Assembly: GCA_048270185.1 (NCBI GenBank)
Contig: JBLWTJ010000003.1
Coordinates: forward strand, 224,001-288,000
DNA: 64,000 nucleotides
DNA from: Bacteriovoracaceae bacterium
Lineage (GTDB): Bacteria; Bdellovibrionota; Bacteriovoracia; Bacteriovoracales; Bacteriovoracaceae
Direction: 5' to 3'
Below, one piece after another: positions 30,906-39,410 of the stretch (the first letter of the stretch is position 1; the number at the start of each line of letters is the position of its first letter). The position numbers and the translations under genes are program-made. The notes below the pieces were generated by a model. It worked only from the letters and a program-made list of their open reading frames with translations. It made no database searches and was not told where the DNA came from.

Positions 30906-31895
30906 CTATCTCTTAAAAAAAGGATGGACTCCTACACCAGTGTAATCACTTGTAATATAGAAAACCACTACAATGAAGGCAGTAACGATAATACTCGAGA
31001 TGAGAAGGGTATACTTATCACTAACTCCTTTGCGCTCAAGCCATGTCACAAGACGACTTTGGGCCAAAATGCCAATTATAATGGTAAAGGCAAAGAGTAG
31101 AGCAGTTGAGATAAGTGTTAAAGAAATATTTGAAAAGTTTGAGTAGTCCTTCTTACTGTCGTATTTAGGACTTTGCTCTTTTTTTTTGTAATTTTCTGGA
31201 AGAATTAGCTCGCCACCAGTGGTCTTGGTGTCGAGCTCAACTTCTCTTTGTACTGAATTTGTTGGAAGGTAGAATCTTGAAAAAGCAGGTTTATCATTTG
31301 ACTCATAGGCTTCGATAACGAAGTTAATTTCAACTTCTTCTCCCACGACGAGTCCTGCATCAAATTTCTTGCTCCAATTAATTCCAAAATCAAAACGATT
31401 GATTTTGAAACTTCCTTGATAATAACTACCATCTTTATTTGTCCAAGGGTCTTTGCGCTCTCCAAGATACTTAATCATTACTGGAACGATCTTTTTCTTA
31501 TCTTTGATAATTAATTCAATCTTGGCCTGAGCTTCTTTTGAGTTTAAATCAATAGGCCCAGTCGCTTTAAACTTGATGAGAGGATAGTTCTTTAAATCAA
31601 AGAAATCTTTCTTCTTAAGGTGTTGGTCGCGCTTCTTATCAAATGTATTGATGCTCTTAACGTCAATTTCTCCTTGTAGAGAAGTGATCTTTTGATCCTT
31701 CTTTTCAAAGAAAATTTTATAATCATCAAATTGTCCCTCAACATCAGTTAAGGCCATATATTTTACTTTAAATTTTAGTTTAGAGTGTTCCTTATTAACA
31801 AGGTAAGTTGAAGCTTGTAGTTGGAAAGAGAATAGTAGGGCAAAAAAAAAGTGCCACTTAAGGCACCCTTTAAAATTATTTAACGTAAGCGTCAT
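30906..31895 (-). CDS. YceI-family lipid/polyisoprenoid-binding protein with two C-terminal TM helices (start uncertain: 31895 or 31907)
   Basis: HSKLKFKV, SINT..KRDQHL...FF, INRFDFGI; hydrophobic C-terminus. Confidence 0.85.
   Translation of the reverse strand: MTLTLNNFKGCLKWHFFFALLFSFQLQASTYLVNKEHSKLKFKVKYMALTDVEGQFDDYKIFFEKKDQKITSLQGEIDVKSINTFDKKRDQHLKKKDFFDLKNYPLIKFKATGPIDLNSKEAQAKIELIIKDKKKIVPVMIKYLGERKDPWTNKDGSYYQGSFKINRFDFGINWSKKFDAGLVVGEEVEINFVIEAYESNDKPAFSRFYLPTNSVQREVELDTKTTGGELILPENYKKKEQSPKYDSKKDYSNFSNISLTLISTALLFAFTIIIGILAQSRLVTWLERKGVSDKYTLLISSIIVTAFIVVVFYITSDYTGVGVHPFFKR
31842..31866 (-). terminator. ppa terminator lying inside the 5' end of the YceI gene
   Basis: Minus strand GTGCC-TTAAGT-GGCAC plus T9. 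Confidence 0.65.
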
Positions 31896-32532
31896 TATAG
31901 TCCTCAATTCCTAAGTCGATTACTTTCATCGCAGTTTCGGCACCGTATGTATCAGTGATTTCAACTTTAGCATTCCCGTCTGTAACAGGGATTTCTTTGT
32001 AAGTTAGGAAGTAGTGTTTAAGTTCTGCAATAACTGCTGCTGGAACTTGATCAATATCAGTCATATGTCCAAACATTGCATCGTCTTTTAAAACAGCAAT
32101 GATCTTATCATCTATTTCGCCACCATCTAGCATTCTGAACCCACCAATTGGCACACAATTTACTAGAATATCGCCTTGCTTGATATTTTTTTCAGTAAGA
32201 ACACAAATATCGATTGGATCAAGGTCACCAACAATTCCTGTGCGCTTAGTTTCATCTTCAGCAAATTTCGCTGATTTCTTATCTGAATATGTTCTTGGAA
32301 TTAACCCGTAAAGCTGTGGAATAATATTTGAGAATTTCTGTGGACGATCAACCATTAGGTATCCACTTTCTTTGTGTACTTCATACTTAACACGATCGTT
32401 TGGAGTAATTTCGATATAAGCGTTTAGAACTTTCTTGTCTTGATCGTCCCAAGTCTTAATTCCGTGCCAAGGATTTGGCCTAAACATCTTTCCATATTTT
32501 TCTAAAAAATCATTTAGCTCTGCGTTAGTCAT
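31876..32532 (-). CDS. ppa: Inorganic pyrophosphatase, family I
   Basis: PWH, KYE, YGLIPRT, GDLDPID, DGGEIDDK. Confidence 0.93.
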   Translation of the reverse strand: MTNAELNDFLEKYGKMFRPNPWHGIKTWDDQDKKVLNAYIEITPNDRVKYEVHKESGYLMVDRPQKFSNIIPQLYGLIPRTYSDKKSAKFAEDETKRTGIVGDLDPIDICVLTEKNIKQGDILVNCVPIGGFRMLDGGEIDDKIIAVLKDDAMFGHMTDIDQVPAAVIAELKHYFLTYKEIPVTDGNAKVEITDTYGAETAMKVIDLGIEDYNDAYVK

Positions 32533-32613
32533 GGTAATTCCTTTTGATAATTATTTTGAAAATAACTTAGCACAAAGAGAATTTAGTGCCAATGACTAAC
32601 AGTCTCTGGCCGA

Positions 32614-33069
32614 CTACTTCGTAAAGAATTTAATGATTTCAGCAAAGGCAGACTTTCGACTTGTATCCTGAGAGCGTTCGTTGAAATTTCTGATTGATTC
32701 GGCGCTATGTGTTGTCGCGTTAAGAATTCCAATTTTGGACTCAATCTCACCTAAGATTTTCTTTAAATAAGCTTCTTCCTTAGGGTCGAGGTCATCTGAG
32801 CGAAAGAGAATATTGGCCAAGTGGTGGAGTTGTGAGAGGTGGGCCGGAAAGTTTACTTTATCGAGGAATTCATCTGGACGATGGCGGCCCTCGAGATCAT
32901 CATAAAGAGTTTGTCGATCTTCATCTGTGAGCTTGGCCTTTTCGATAAACTCAAGAATAAGCTCTCTTTCTTGTTTCGTCACCACATTGTCGAGGTGTGA
33001 AACTGAGATTAGTGTTCGCCACATATTAAAAAAACTTTCATATTTCTTTTCGTCAGATAAGTTGTTCAT
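32614..33069 (-). CDS. TerB-like helical protein
   Basis: Repeated D-x-x-x-x-x-E motifs (DNVVTKQE, DDLDPKE). Confidence 0.55.
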   Translation of the reverse strand: MNNLSDEKKYESFFNMWRTLISVSHLDNVVTKQERELILEFIEKAKLTDEDRQTLYDDLEGRHRPDEFLDKVNFPAHLSQLHHLANILFRSDDLDPKEEAYLKKILGEIESKIGILNATTHSAESIRNFNERSQDTSRKSAFAEIIKFFTK

Positions 33070-33183
33070 AAATATACTTTAGCATACTTGAGATTTCAGT
33101 TACTTAGATAGGTCATACTTTGCCTAGTAAAAGAGGAACTATAAAGAAGGTATAATTTAGATAAGGGGCGGTAGTATTTATCT

Positions 33184-35115
33184 ATGAAAGTCGACGATTA
33201 TGGTAAGAAAATTACGCAAATGAATGTGGAGCAGCGAAAGCAGCTTGATCGCATTCGTGAAGGCTACCAGTCCACACTCAAGAATATTCAAGATCAAAGT
33301 GATCAAAAAATTAAAACAATTAAGCACGAGCACGCTAAGAAGCAACAAGCTGCTATCGTTGAGAACCAAGAAAATATTTTAGAAGCATCTAAAAAGGCCA
33401 AAGAAGCCTTAGAAAAGTCCAAAGAAATGTTTCGTGAAAAGAATCAGTCGATTAAAGAAGATTTTCGCCAAACTTCAAAAGAACAAAAGGCTAATTTTGA
33501 TGAAAAGCTTGCCACAATAAAGCAAGCTTACGCCGATACTGTTGAGCAAAAAGATGTTGCTCATTCTAAAAGAATTGAGTCTCAAAAAGCACGCTCTCAA
33601 GAGCGTATCGCTTTAAATCGTGACCGCTTTCAAGATCAAATAAAGAGCTTAAATAAGCATAGTGAAGAATCAACAAAGAAGTTAAATTCAGATTTTAGTA
33701 AGCGTGAGAGTGCGCAAGTTAGGGATGCACGTGAAAAACTTAGTGATCTCAAGGCCGAGTTCTCAATTGAAAATCGCGATCTAAAGAATGAAGCCGATAA
33801 GAGCCTTCGTAAAGTTGTGGATGAAGGAAAGAGACGTGAAGACTTTCTTGTTGAAACGAAGAAGCAAGCTTTAGAAGAGGCCAATACTGGATACCGTCGT
33901 CAAATTGAGGCCAAGCAAGAAGGTATTGATCATATTGCACGTGAACTTCATTTAAAGACACAAAAGAGTCTACAAGATCAGCGTCTTGATCATCAAAAAG
34001 AAGTAGCAGGTCTTATCAGAGATCAAAAGAGTATAAGAGAAGATATCAAAGGGGATCATAAGCTTGATATTGCTCGCTTTAAAAGTTCTGGAGTTATGAA
34101 AGAAGTTGAGCAAAAAGGGATTAAGGATACTTATGAACTAAAGCTTGATCGTTTAAAAGACTTGAATGCGGCCACAATCAAGGACTTCGAAGATAAATTG
34201 CGTGATAAAGATATTGCAGTGACAAAGAGAGTTAAGGATCAGTCTCGAGATCAACAAGTTCGTTTCAATGAATTCAAAGATGAAATGAGAAATAACATGG
34301 ATGAGATCCAACTACGTTCTCAAAAACAACATGAGATAAAAGAAGCTCAGTATAATCGTAATATCACTAATGAAAAGAAAGTGGCCGAAGATAATAGTGT
34401 GCAAAAAGAAAACCAATATCGTGAGCTACTCGATAGTCAACGTGAGCACTTCAGAAATAACCTAGTTCGAACAGAAGAGAAGAATATAGAGACGGTAAAG
34501 TCACTTCAAGATTCTTTTAGAGAAGAAAAAGTCGAAATTAATGCCCGAAATCATGATATGTACGCTGATACTTTAAAGAGTCATCGTGAAGAGATGGATA
34601 AGAAGATCACAGATATTCAATCTTCTTATGAGAACAAATTTAAACTTCAAAGTGAACAATTAAAGAAGTCCATTGATGAGGCCCAAGAAAAACTTTATAT
34701 GCTTAGCTCCTCATCAAAGAATAAATTAAGAGCTGAAAGTAAGTTCTTTCAAGAGCAGTCACGCATGCAAAGAGCTGAGATGAAAGAGAACGTTGATCAT
34801 ATAAAGGATCAATATGAGAAGAAGTTCCAAACTCTTCGAGATGATTTCACAAGCCGCTTAAAAATGGTTAAAAGAGAAAATGATGTGAAGCTTTCACGTA
34901 TGACCCATAATCATAATATGGAAAAACAGAAAATGACTGCTGATTATAATACTGACATGAGAAGAAAGCTTAATATGGCCCAGAAGAAATTAGAGAGACA
35001 AATGAGTGACTCTAAAAGGCTAAGAGATTCTCTTGTGGCAAGTTACGAAGAGAAGATTAAAAACTTAAAGAAACAATACGAATTAAAACAAATTAAAGAA
35101 TATAAAAACGTCTAA
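33184..35115 (+). CDS. Long charged coiled-coil protein, paralog of 5627..7597
   Basis: K/E/Q/D/R-rich with no Pro; stop overlaps the dtd start (TAATG). Confidence 0.8.
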   Translation: MKVDDYGKKITQMNVEQRKQLDRIREGYQSTLKNIQDQSDQKIKTIKHEHAKKQQAAIVENQENILEASKKAKEALEKSKEMFREKNQSIKEDFRQTSKEQKANFDEKLATIKQAYADTVEQKDVAHSKRIESQKARSQERIALNRDRFQDQIKSLNKHSEESTKKLNSDFSKRESAQVRDAREKLSDLKAEFSIENRDLKNEADKSLRKVVDEGKRREDFLVETKKQALEEANTGYRRQIEAKQEGIDHIARELHLKTQKSLQDQRLDHQKEVAGLIRDQKSIREDIKGDHKLDIARFKSSGVMKEVEQKGIKDTYELKLDRLKDLNAATIKDFEDKLRDKDIAVTKRVKDQSRDQQVRFNEFKDEMRNNMDEIQLRSQKQHEIKEAQYNRNITNEKKVAEDNSVQKENQYRELLDSQREHFRNNLVRTEEKNIETVKSLQDSFREEKVEINARNHDMYADTLKSHREEMDKKITDIQSSYENKFKLQSEQLKKSIDEAQEKLYMLSSSSKNKLRAESKFFQEQSRMQRAEMKENVDHIKDQYEKKFQTLRDDFTSRLKMVKRENDVKLSRMTHNHNMEKQKMTADYNTDMRRKLNMAQKKLERQMSDSKRLRDSLVASYEEKIKNLKKQYELKQIKEYKNV

Positions 35116-35549
35116 TGAAAATCGTCGTCCAAAGAGTATCTAGCTCGCAAGTAAAAGTTCATGGTGAAATTGTAGGAAGCATAGGGAAGGGTTTAAACCT
35201 TCTTGTCTGTATTGAACATCAAGATAATCAAGAAACTATTAAGAAGGCCTGTGAGAAGATTATCGCCCTTAGAATCTTCTCTGATGAAGCGGGGCGAATG
35301 AATAAATCCATTGTTGATATTCAAGGAAGTATTCTGGCAATTTCCCAATTCACTCTTTCGTGGAATGGAAAGAAAGGCAATCGACCAAGTTTTGATGGAA
35401 GTGCAAAACCTGAAGTGGCCAATAAGTTATTTAATGAATTTGTTCAGATACTAAGAAATACTGTCCCAGTTGAGACGGGAGTCTTTGGTGAAAGTATGGC
35501 CGTCGAAATAACTAACGACGGCCCAGTTACTTTTCATATTGAATTTTAA
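35115..35549 (+). CDS. dtd: D-aminoacyl-tRNA deacylase
   Basis: VVQRV, SQFTL, GNRPSF, NDGPVT. Confidence 0.96.
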   Translation: MKIVVQRVSSSQVKVHGEIVGSIGKGLNLLVCIEHQDNQETIKKACEKIIALRIFSDEAGRMNKSIVDIQGSILAISQFTLSWNGKKGNRPSFDGSAKPEVANKLFNEFVQILRNTVPVETGVFGESMAVEITNDGPVTFHIEF

Positions 35550-35550
35550 A

Positions 35551-35784
35551 TTAAGCTGTAACTTTTGATTTTGATCCTTGCTTTTCTCTTCTTTCAAGCG
35601 CAACAGCAGCCTTCCAGATACCAGCAAAGATGAATGCGAATACAATAAAGAATGTCGCAATGTGTAGAACCTCAATCGTTAGTGATGAAGCAACAAATTT
35701 TGCTTCTCTAACTGGCTCAAGCATTTCGCCTTTTGGAACAATTGACGATACAAATACCTTAGCTTTTTCCATTTTGGTCTCCAT
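35551..35784 (-). CDS. Small single-TM membrane protein
   Basis: Hydrophobic stretch IATFFIVFAFIFAGIW followed by a basic tail. Confidence 0.6.
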   Translation of the reverse strand: METKMEKAKVFVSSIVPKGEMLEPVREAKFVASSLTIEVLHIATFFIVFAFIFAGIWKAAVALERREKQGSKSKVTA

Positions 35785-36010
35785 TTAAGTAAGTGATTTT
35801 TCGATTATATTAAATAAATTTAAACCGAAGTCTAGCATAAATTTACCCTAAAAACTACTTTGGAAGTATGACCTAGGTCATCTTTTACAAGATTGTAATT
35901 TTCTATATAAATTTCATATCTAATATGCAAGTATAGACATCTAGATTCAGGTGTTTTAAATACATATTGTTTAAAATGATGATGTTTCAAATATATTCTT
36001 AGGGGGAATT

Positions 36011-36580
36011 ATGAAGCTTTTAAAAATGGCCCTATTAGCAGGCCTTTTAGTTAGTTGTACAGAATTTAAAGGAAATCTTTCAGTTAACTCTGAAATCACT
36101 CTTAAATCAAAAGATAAGACTCTTACTCTTGCAGAGGGAACTTATCGTGCAAAAATTAAATTTCTATCAAAAAAGAAAATGAAGATTGAAGTTGGTGATA
36201 AAAAACTAAAAGTTAAATTTGATGATAAATTTAGACTTCCTTCAAATGGTGAATTCTTCTTATCTAAAGACGATACTTCACTTAATTACGATTTAGCTGG
36301 AACTGTCGAAACAGAAGTAGAAAGAGGTGAAGTACGTTTTCACACTGAATTCTGTGATGTAATGATTCCTGTAACAAGATGTAATCGTCGTGTATGCCAC
36401 ACTGACTACCATAGAGTTCCTGGTTTCAGAAATATTGAATACAGAGATGATATCGTAAGCAAAGTATTCAAAATTGACTTCGCTGATGCTGGACAAACAA
36501 CTTCGACATTTGACGCTACTTCGGTTGATCGCAATAGAGTATACCTATACCAAGGTGCTTGTTTAACTCGTCGTTACTAA
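36011..36580 (+). CDS. Hypothetical lipoprotein
   Basis: SD GGGGG; lipobox LVSC; beta-rich, Cys-containing insert. Confidence 0.8.
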   Translation: MKLLKMALLAGLLVSCTEFKGNLSVNSEITLKSKDKTLTLAEGTYRAKIKFLSKKKMKIEVGDKKLKVKFDDKFRLPSNGEFFLSKDDTSLNYDLAGTVETEVERGEVRFHTEFCDVMIPVTRCNRRVCHTDYHRVPGFRNIEYRDDIVSKVFKIDFADAGQTTSTFDATSVDRNRVYLYQGACLTRRY

Positions 36581-36613
36581 GAAAAAATCAATTGATATAA
36601 AAAAGAAGGCCTC

Positions 36614-37039
36614 TTAATAGAGGCCTTCTTTATTGATTTCATCGATTTGTTCGTTGAGGGTCCAGAAGTCGTAGAGAATACCAAAGAGAAAAAAGCCACC
36701 TGTTAGTAGGTAGACAATCCCCATAATGATTTTTCCTTGATAGAATTTGTGAATCCCAAAAATACCCAGAAAAGTTAGTAGTACCCAAGCGATATTATAA
36801 TCAAGAACTCCTTGAACATATTTAACATCACAATCCTCATCCATTCCTGGAATTAAGAAGAGGTCAACGATCCAACCTATTCCAAATAGCCCAAAAGTGA
36901 ACATCCAGATTGTTCCTGAAACTGGCTTTCCAAAGTAGAAACGGTGAGAGCCCATAAAACCGAAGAGCCACAGAAGGTAGCCCATAACAGCGCTATGAGA
37001 GTCATTTCTAAATGGACTTAGACTTTTCGTTTCGCTCAT
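36614..37039 (-). CDS. Tandem TM2-domain membrane protein
   Basis: GSHRFYFG and GIHKFYQG repeats with G-rich TMs. Confidence 0.9.
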   Translation of the reverse strand: MSETKSLSPFRNDSHSAVMGYLLWLFGFMGSHRFYFGKPVSGTIWMFTFGLFGIGWIVDLFLIPGMDEDCDVKYVQGVLDYNIAWVLLTFLGIFGIHKFYQGKIIMGIVYLLTGGFFLFGILYDFWTLNEQIDEINKEGLY

Positions 37040-37383
37040 TACTTATACTCCTTTAAGGCCCATGGAGGGGCGAGTCGCTCAGACAGAAGAAGATCAAAAC
37101 AATCTTCAATTTTCTCAAAGACTTCCTTAGCTTCAAAGAAATCCTCAAGCTCTTCCATTTGCTCTTCATGTTCGGTTGAGAGGGGGATTCCTGTTATAAT
37201 AAAGTTTAACTCTTCACCTTCAAATTTTGCATTGATATGTAGGTTATGAAATTTCATTTCATTTTTCTTGTACTTTGTTAACTTCTCGTCAGAGAGAAAG
37301 AGAAAGTATTTATCACTGGTATCTGGTCCAATTTCAGTTGAAAAGAAGTATTCAATTTCATTAAATTCACAAGAGAACTTCAT
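37039..37383 (-). CDS. Acidic hypothetical protein
   Basis: ORF coupled to the TM2 gene (TAATG overlap). Confidence 0.65.
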   Translation of the reverse strand: MKFSCEFNEIEYFFSTEIGPDTSDKYFLFLSDEKLTKYKKNEMKFHNLHINAKFEGEELNFIITGIPLSTEHEEQMEELEDFFEAKEVFEKIEDCFDLLLSERLAPPWALKEYK

Positions 37384-37491
37384 ATTTTGCTCACTACTGT
37401 CGCGGTTTATATTTTGAGTTACACTAGTATTATACTAGACTTGGAGATATATGTGAAAGTTGATTATTTAAAAGACTTAGACGGGGAAGAT

Positions 37492-37755
37492 ATGAACGAA
37501 AATGACAACGTGAAGGAAAGAAAAGAGCCGCGTCGTATTCTTGTGGGAAGTGATAAGAAGACTCTTAACCTTACTGATAAGGATATACTCATTGTTGCTT
37601 CTAAACTAAAGAAGTATATCAAAGATAAGCATGGCCTAAATACTTCCGCAAATGTCATGGACATTTTATCTGACATTGTCCGTGTAAAGTGCGATGCTGC
37701 AGCTCAAAGAGCAAAGCAGAGAGGCCGTAAGACTTTGCAGGATAAAGATTTTTAG
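37492..37755 (+). CDS. Bacterial histone-fold protein (Bd0055/HBb-like) with N-terminal extension
   Basis: SD GGGGA before ATG 37492; ILIVASKLKKYIKDKHGLNTSANVMDILS...RAKQRGRKTLQDKDF with the histone RKTxxxxD motif. Confidence 0.85.
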   Translation: MNENDNVKERKEPRRILVGSDKKTLNLTDKDILIVASKLKKYIKDKHGLNTSANVMDILSDIVRVKCDAAAQRAKQRGRKTLQDKDF

Positions 37756-37758
37756 AGA

Positions 37759-38313
37759 ATGAATAAATTAGAAGAAATTGCCCGTGGTGTTGAGCTTGTC
37801 TCTAGCGCCACTAAATCATCAGTGACCTTATTTGGGGGGAGCTTCCATCCATTTCATGAAGGTCACCTCGAATGCCTTAACCAATGCCTTGAATTTGAAG
37901 ATAATATCATTATCGTTTTAGATTACAGTCCATGGAAGTCTAATGAGCAAGAAGATCCTTATGGTGAGTATCTAAAGATAAAAGAGGCGACGGATGGCCG
38001 CTTTCCTATCTATACAGGATTTTGGGCAAAGAAGCTAAGACGTCCAACCTATGAGTGGTTACAAGAAATTGAATACCCTGAAATCAATTGGCTTATGGGA
38101 GATGATACCTTTGGATCATTTCTAAAATGGTTTGAAGTTGAAAAGGTATGCCAAAGACTTTCTAAAATCTATGTTGTTCCTCGTGAAGAGAAGATGGATG
38201 AATATAGAGAAGTTGAAAAGAAGATTAGAGAGTTTAATTCAAAGCTTGAGGTTGTCTATCTTAAGCCTCATGCGTTTCAGGAATTAAGTTCGACGCAAAT
38301 AAGATCAAAGTAG
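37759..38313 (+). CDS. nadD: Nicotinate-nucleotide adenylyltransferase-like (NadD family)
   Basis: FGGSFHPFHEGH (HxGH), LMGDD..F.KW, LSSTQIR. Confidence 0.75.
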   Translation: MNKLEEIARGVELVSSATKSSVTLFGGSFHPFHEGHLECLNQCLEFEDNIIIVLDYSPWKSNEQEDPYGEYLKIKEATDGRFPIYTGFWAKKLRRPTYEWLQEIEYPEINWLMGDDTFGSFLKWFEVEKVCQRLSKIYVVPREEKMDEYREVEKKIREFNSKLEVVYLKPHAFQELSSTQIRSK

Positions 38314-38332
38314 AAATAGGAAAGGCTAAGAG

Positions 38333-38433
38333 TAAATGGCTAAGAATAAGAGTTTAAAAATAAATGGCTAAGAATAAGAGTCTAAAAATAAATGGCTAAG
38401 AATAAGAGTCTAAAAATAAATGGCTAAGAATAA
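38333..38433. repeat. 28-bp tandem repeat, about 3.6 copies
   Basis: TAAATGGCTAAGAATAAGAGT(T/C)TAAAAA at 38333, 38361, 38389 and partial at 38417. Confidence 0.95.
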
Positions 38434-38461
38434 AAAAGCTCCTTAATAAGGAGCTTTTTTT
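38432..38461. terminator. Bidirectional terminator
   Basis: AAAAAAGCTCCTT-loop-AAGGAGCTTTTTT. Confidence 0.85.
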
Positions 38462-38490
38462 ATTCTGTCGCTTGGTCTTTCCCATAGCTC

Positions 38491-38527
38491 CAGAAACAAC
38501 AAAGCCGGGCTTGAACCCGGCTTGTTG
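38491..38527 (-). terminator. Probable rpsD terminator
   Basis: Minus strand AAGCCGGG-loop-CCCGGCTT followed by TGTTGTTT. Confidence 0.65.
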
Positions 38528-38606
38528 AATAAATAATTTGCCCTCTTCGAGGGGAGCTAGCATCGCGTCCAATAGGTTGCCTTTGGGCAACCAATGCCGC
38601 GAGTGC

Positions 38607-39239
38607 TTACTTAACCTTCCAGTAGTACTCAATAACTAGCTGAGAGTTGAATTCAAATGGAACATCTGATTCAAGTGGTGCAGCAACCATTGAAGCTTTC
38701 TTCTTATCAGAACCTTCAACATTGTAACAAGCTGGAACAGCTGCGAAACGTGGAGTTTCTTGAGTTTGCTTGTAAAGTTGGTTGTTGTAACCTTTCTCAG
38801 TTAGAGAAACAACGTCACCTGTTTTTACGATGAAAGATGAACGGTCAACTTTCTTCCCGTTAACAAGTACTTGTCCGTGAGAAACCATTTGAGATGCAGC
38901 AAGCATTGATGGTGCAAATCCAAGTCTGAAAACAACGTTGTTCAGTCTTGACTCAAGGTTAGTTAGAAGTACTTCCATCCAAGGTTTACCAGCAGTATTC
39001 TTCTTAGCTTGCTTAACGTAAGTAACAAGTTGCTTTTCTCTTAGACCGTAGTGAAATACTAGTTTTTGTTTTTCTTTTAGACGAACGGCATAGTCAGAGA
39101 TTTTCTTTCTTTTGTTACCGTGAACACCTGGACCGTATGGACGACGAGCTAGTGCTCCAGCTTTACCAAGACCTGGAAGTTCAACACCTAGTGCTCTTTG
39201 GATTTTAAAGCGTGATCTCGCTGTAGTACTCTTTGCCAT
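38607..39239 (-). CDS. rpsD: 30S ribosomal protein S4, stand-alone
   Basis: PGVHG, SDYAVRLKEKQK, YGLREKQ, LESRLNNVVFRLGFA, VIEYY; SD AAGGAG before ATG 39239. Confidence 0.96.
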   Translation of the reverse strand: MAKSTTARSRFKIQRALGVELPGLGKAGALARRPYGPGVHGNKRKKISDYAVRLKEKQKLVFHYGLREKQLVTYVKQAKKNTAGKPWMEVLLTNLESRLNNVVFRLGFAPSMLAASQMVSHGQVLVNGKKVDRSSFIVKTGDVVSLTEKGYNNQLYKQTQETPRFAAVPACYNVEGSDKKKASMVAAPLESDVPFEFNSQLVIEYYWKVK

Positions 39240-39357
39240 TTGAGGCTCCTTTTGAATATAAAGACATCGGGGACAAGGTATTGCTGCATCACATCTCAAA
39301 GGCTAGAAGCCTTAGGCCCGTCAATCTTAACTTAATAATTTCGGATGCAACTGAAGC

Positions 39358-39386
39358 TTTTTAGCTTTTATGGGGCCTATTGTCAA
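39358..39386 (-). promoter_or_regulatory. Probable rpsD promoter
   Basis: TTGACA-17-TAAAAA, implying a leader of about 110 nt. Confidence 0.5.
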
Positions 39387-39410
39387 CGCTAAATATTAGA
39401 AATTATAGAA

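Noticed and set aside
32575..32592. Sigma54 box upstream of ppa (TGGCAC)
   Set aside because: No GC at the -12 position
37387..37491. Longer N-terminus of the histone ORF from TTG 37387
   Set aside because: Starts 3 nt from the divergent gene, leaving no promoter space; the SD precedes ATG 37492
38333..38433. CRISPR array
   Set aside because: Units are directly adjacent with no unique spacers; no cas genes in the window
38396..38632. 78-aa ORF after rpsD
   Set aside because: Runs through terminators and the tandem repeat; no SD or recognisable motif
39240..39299. Cys-rich extension MRCDAAIPCPRC on S4
   Set aside because: The strong SD AAGGAG sits before ATG 39239; the extension is leader sequence, not a zinc site
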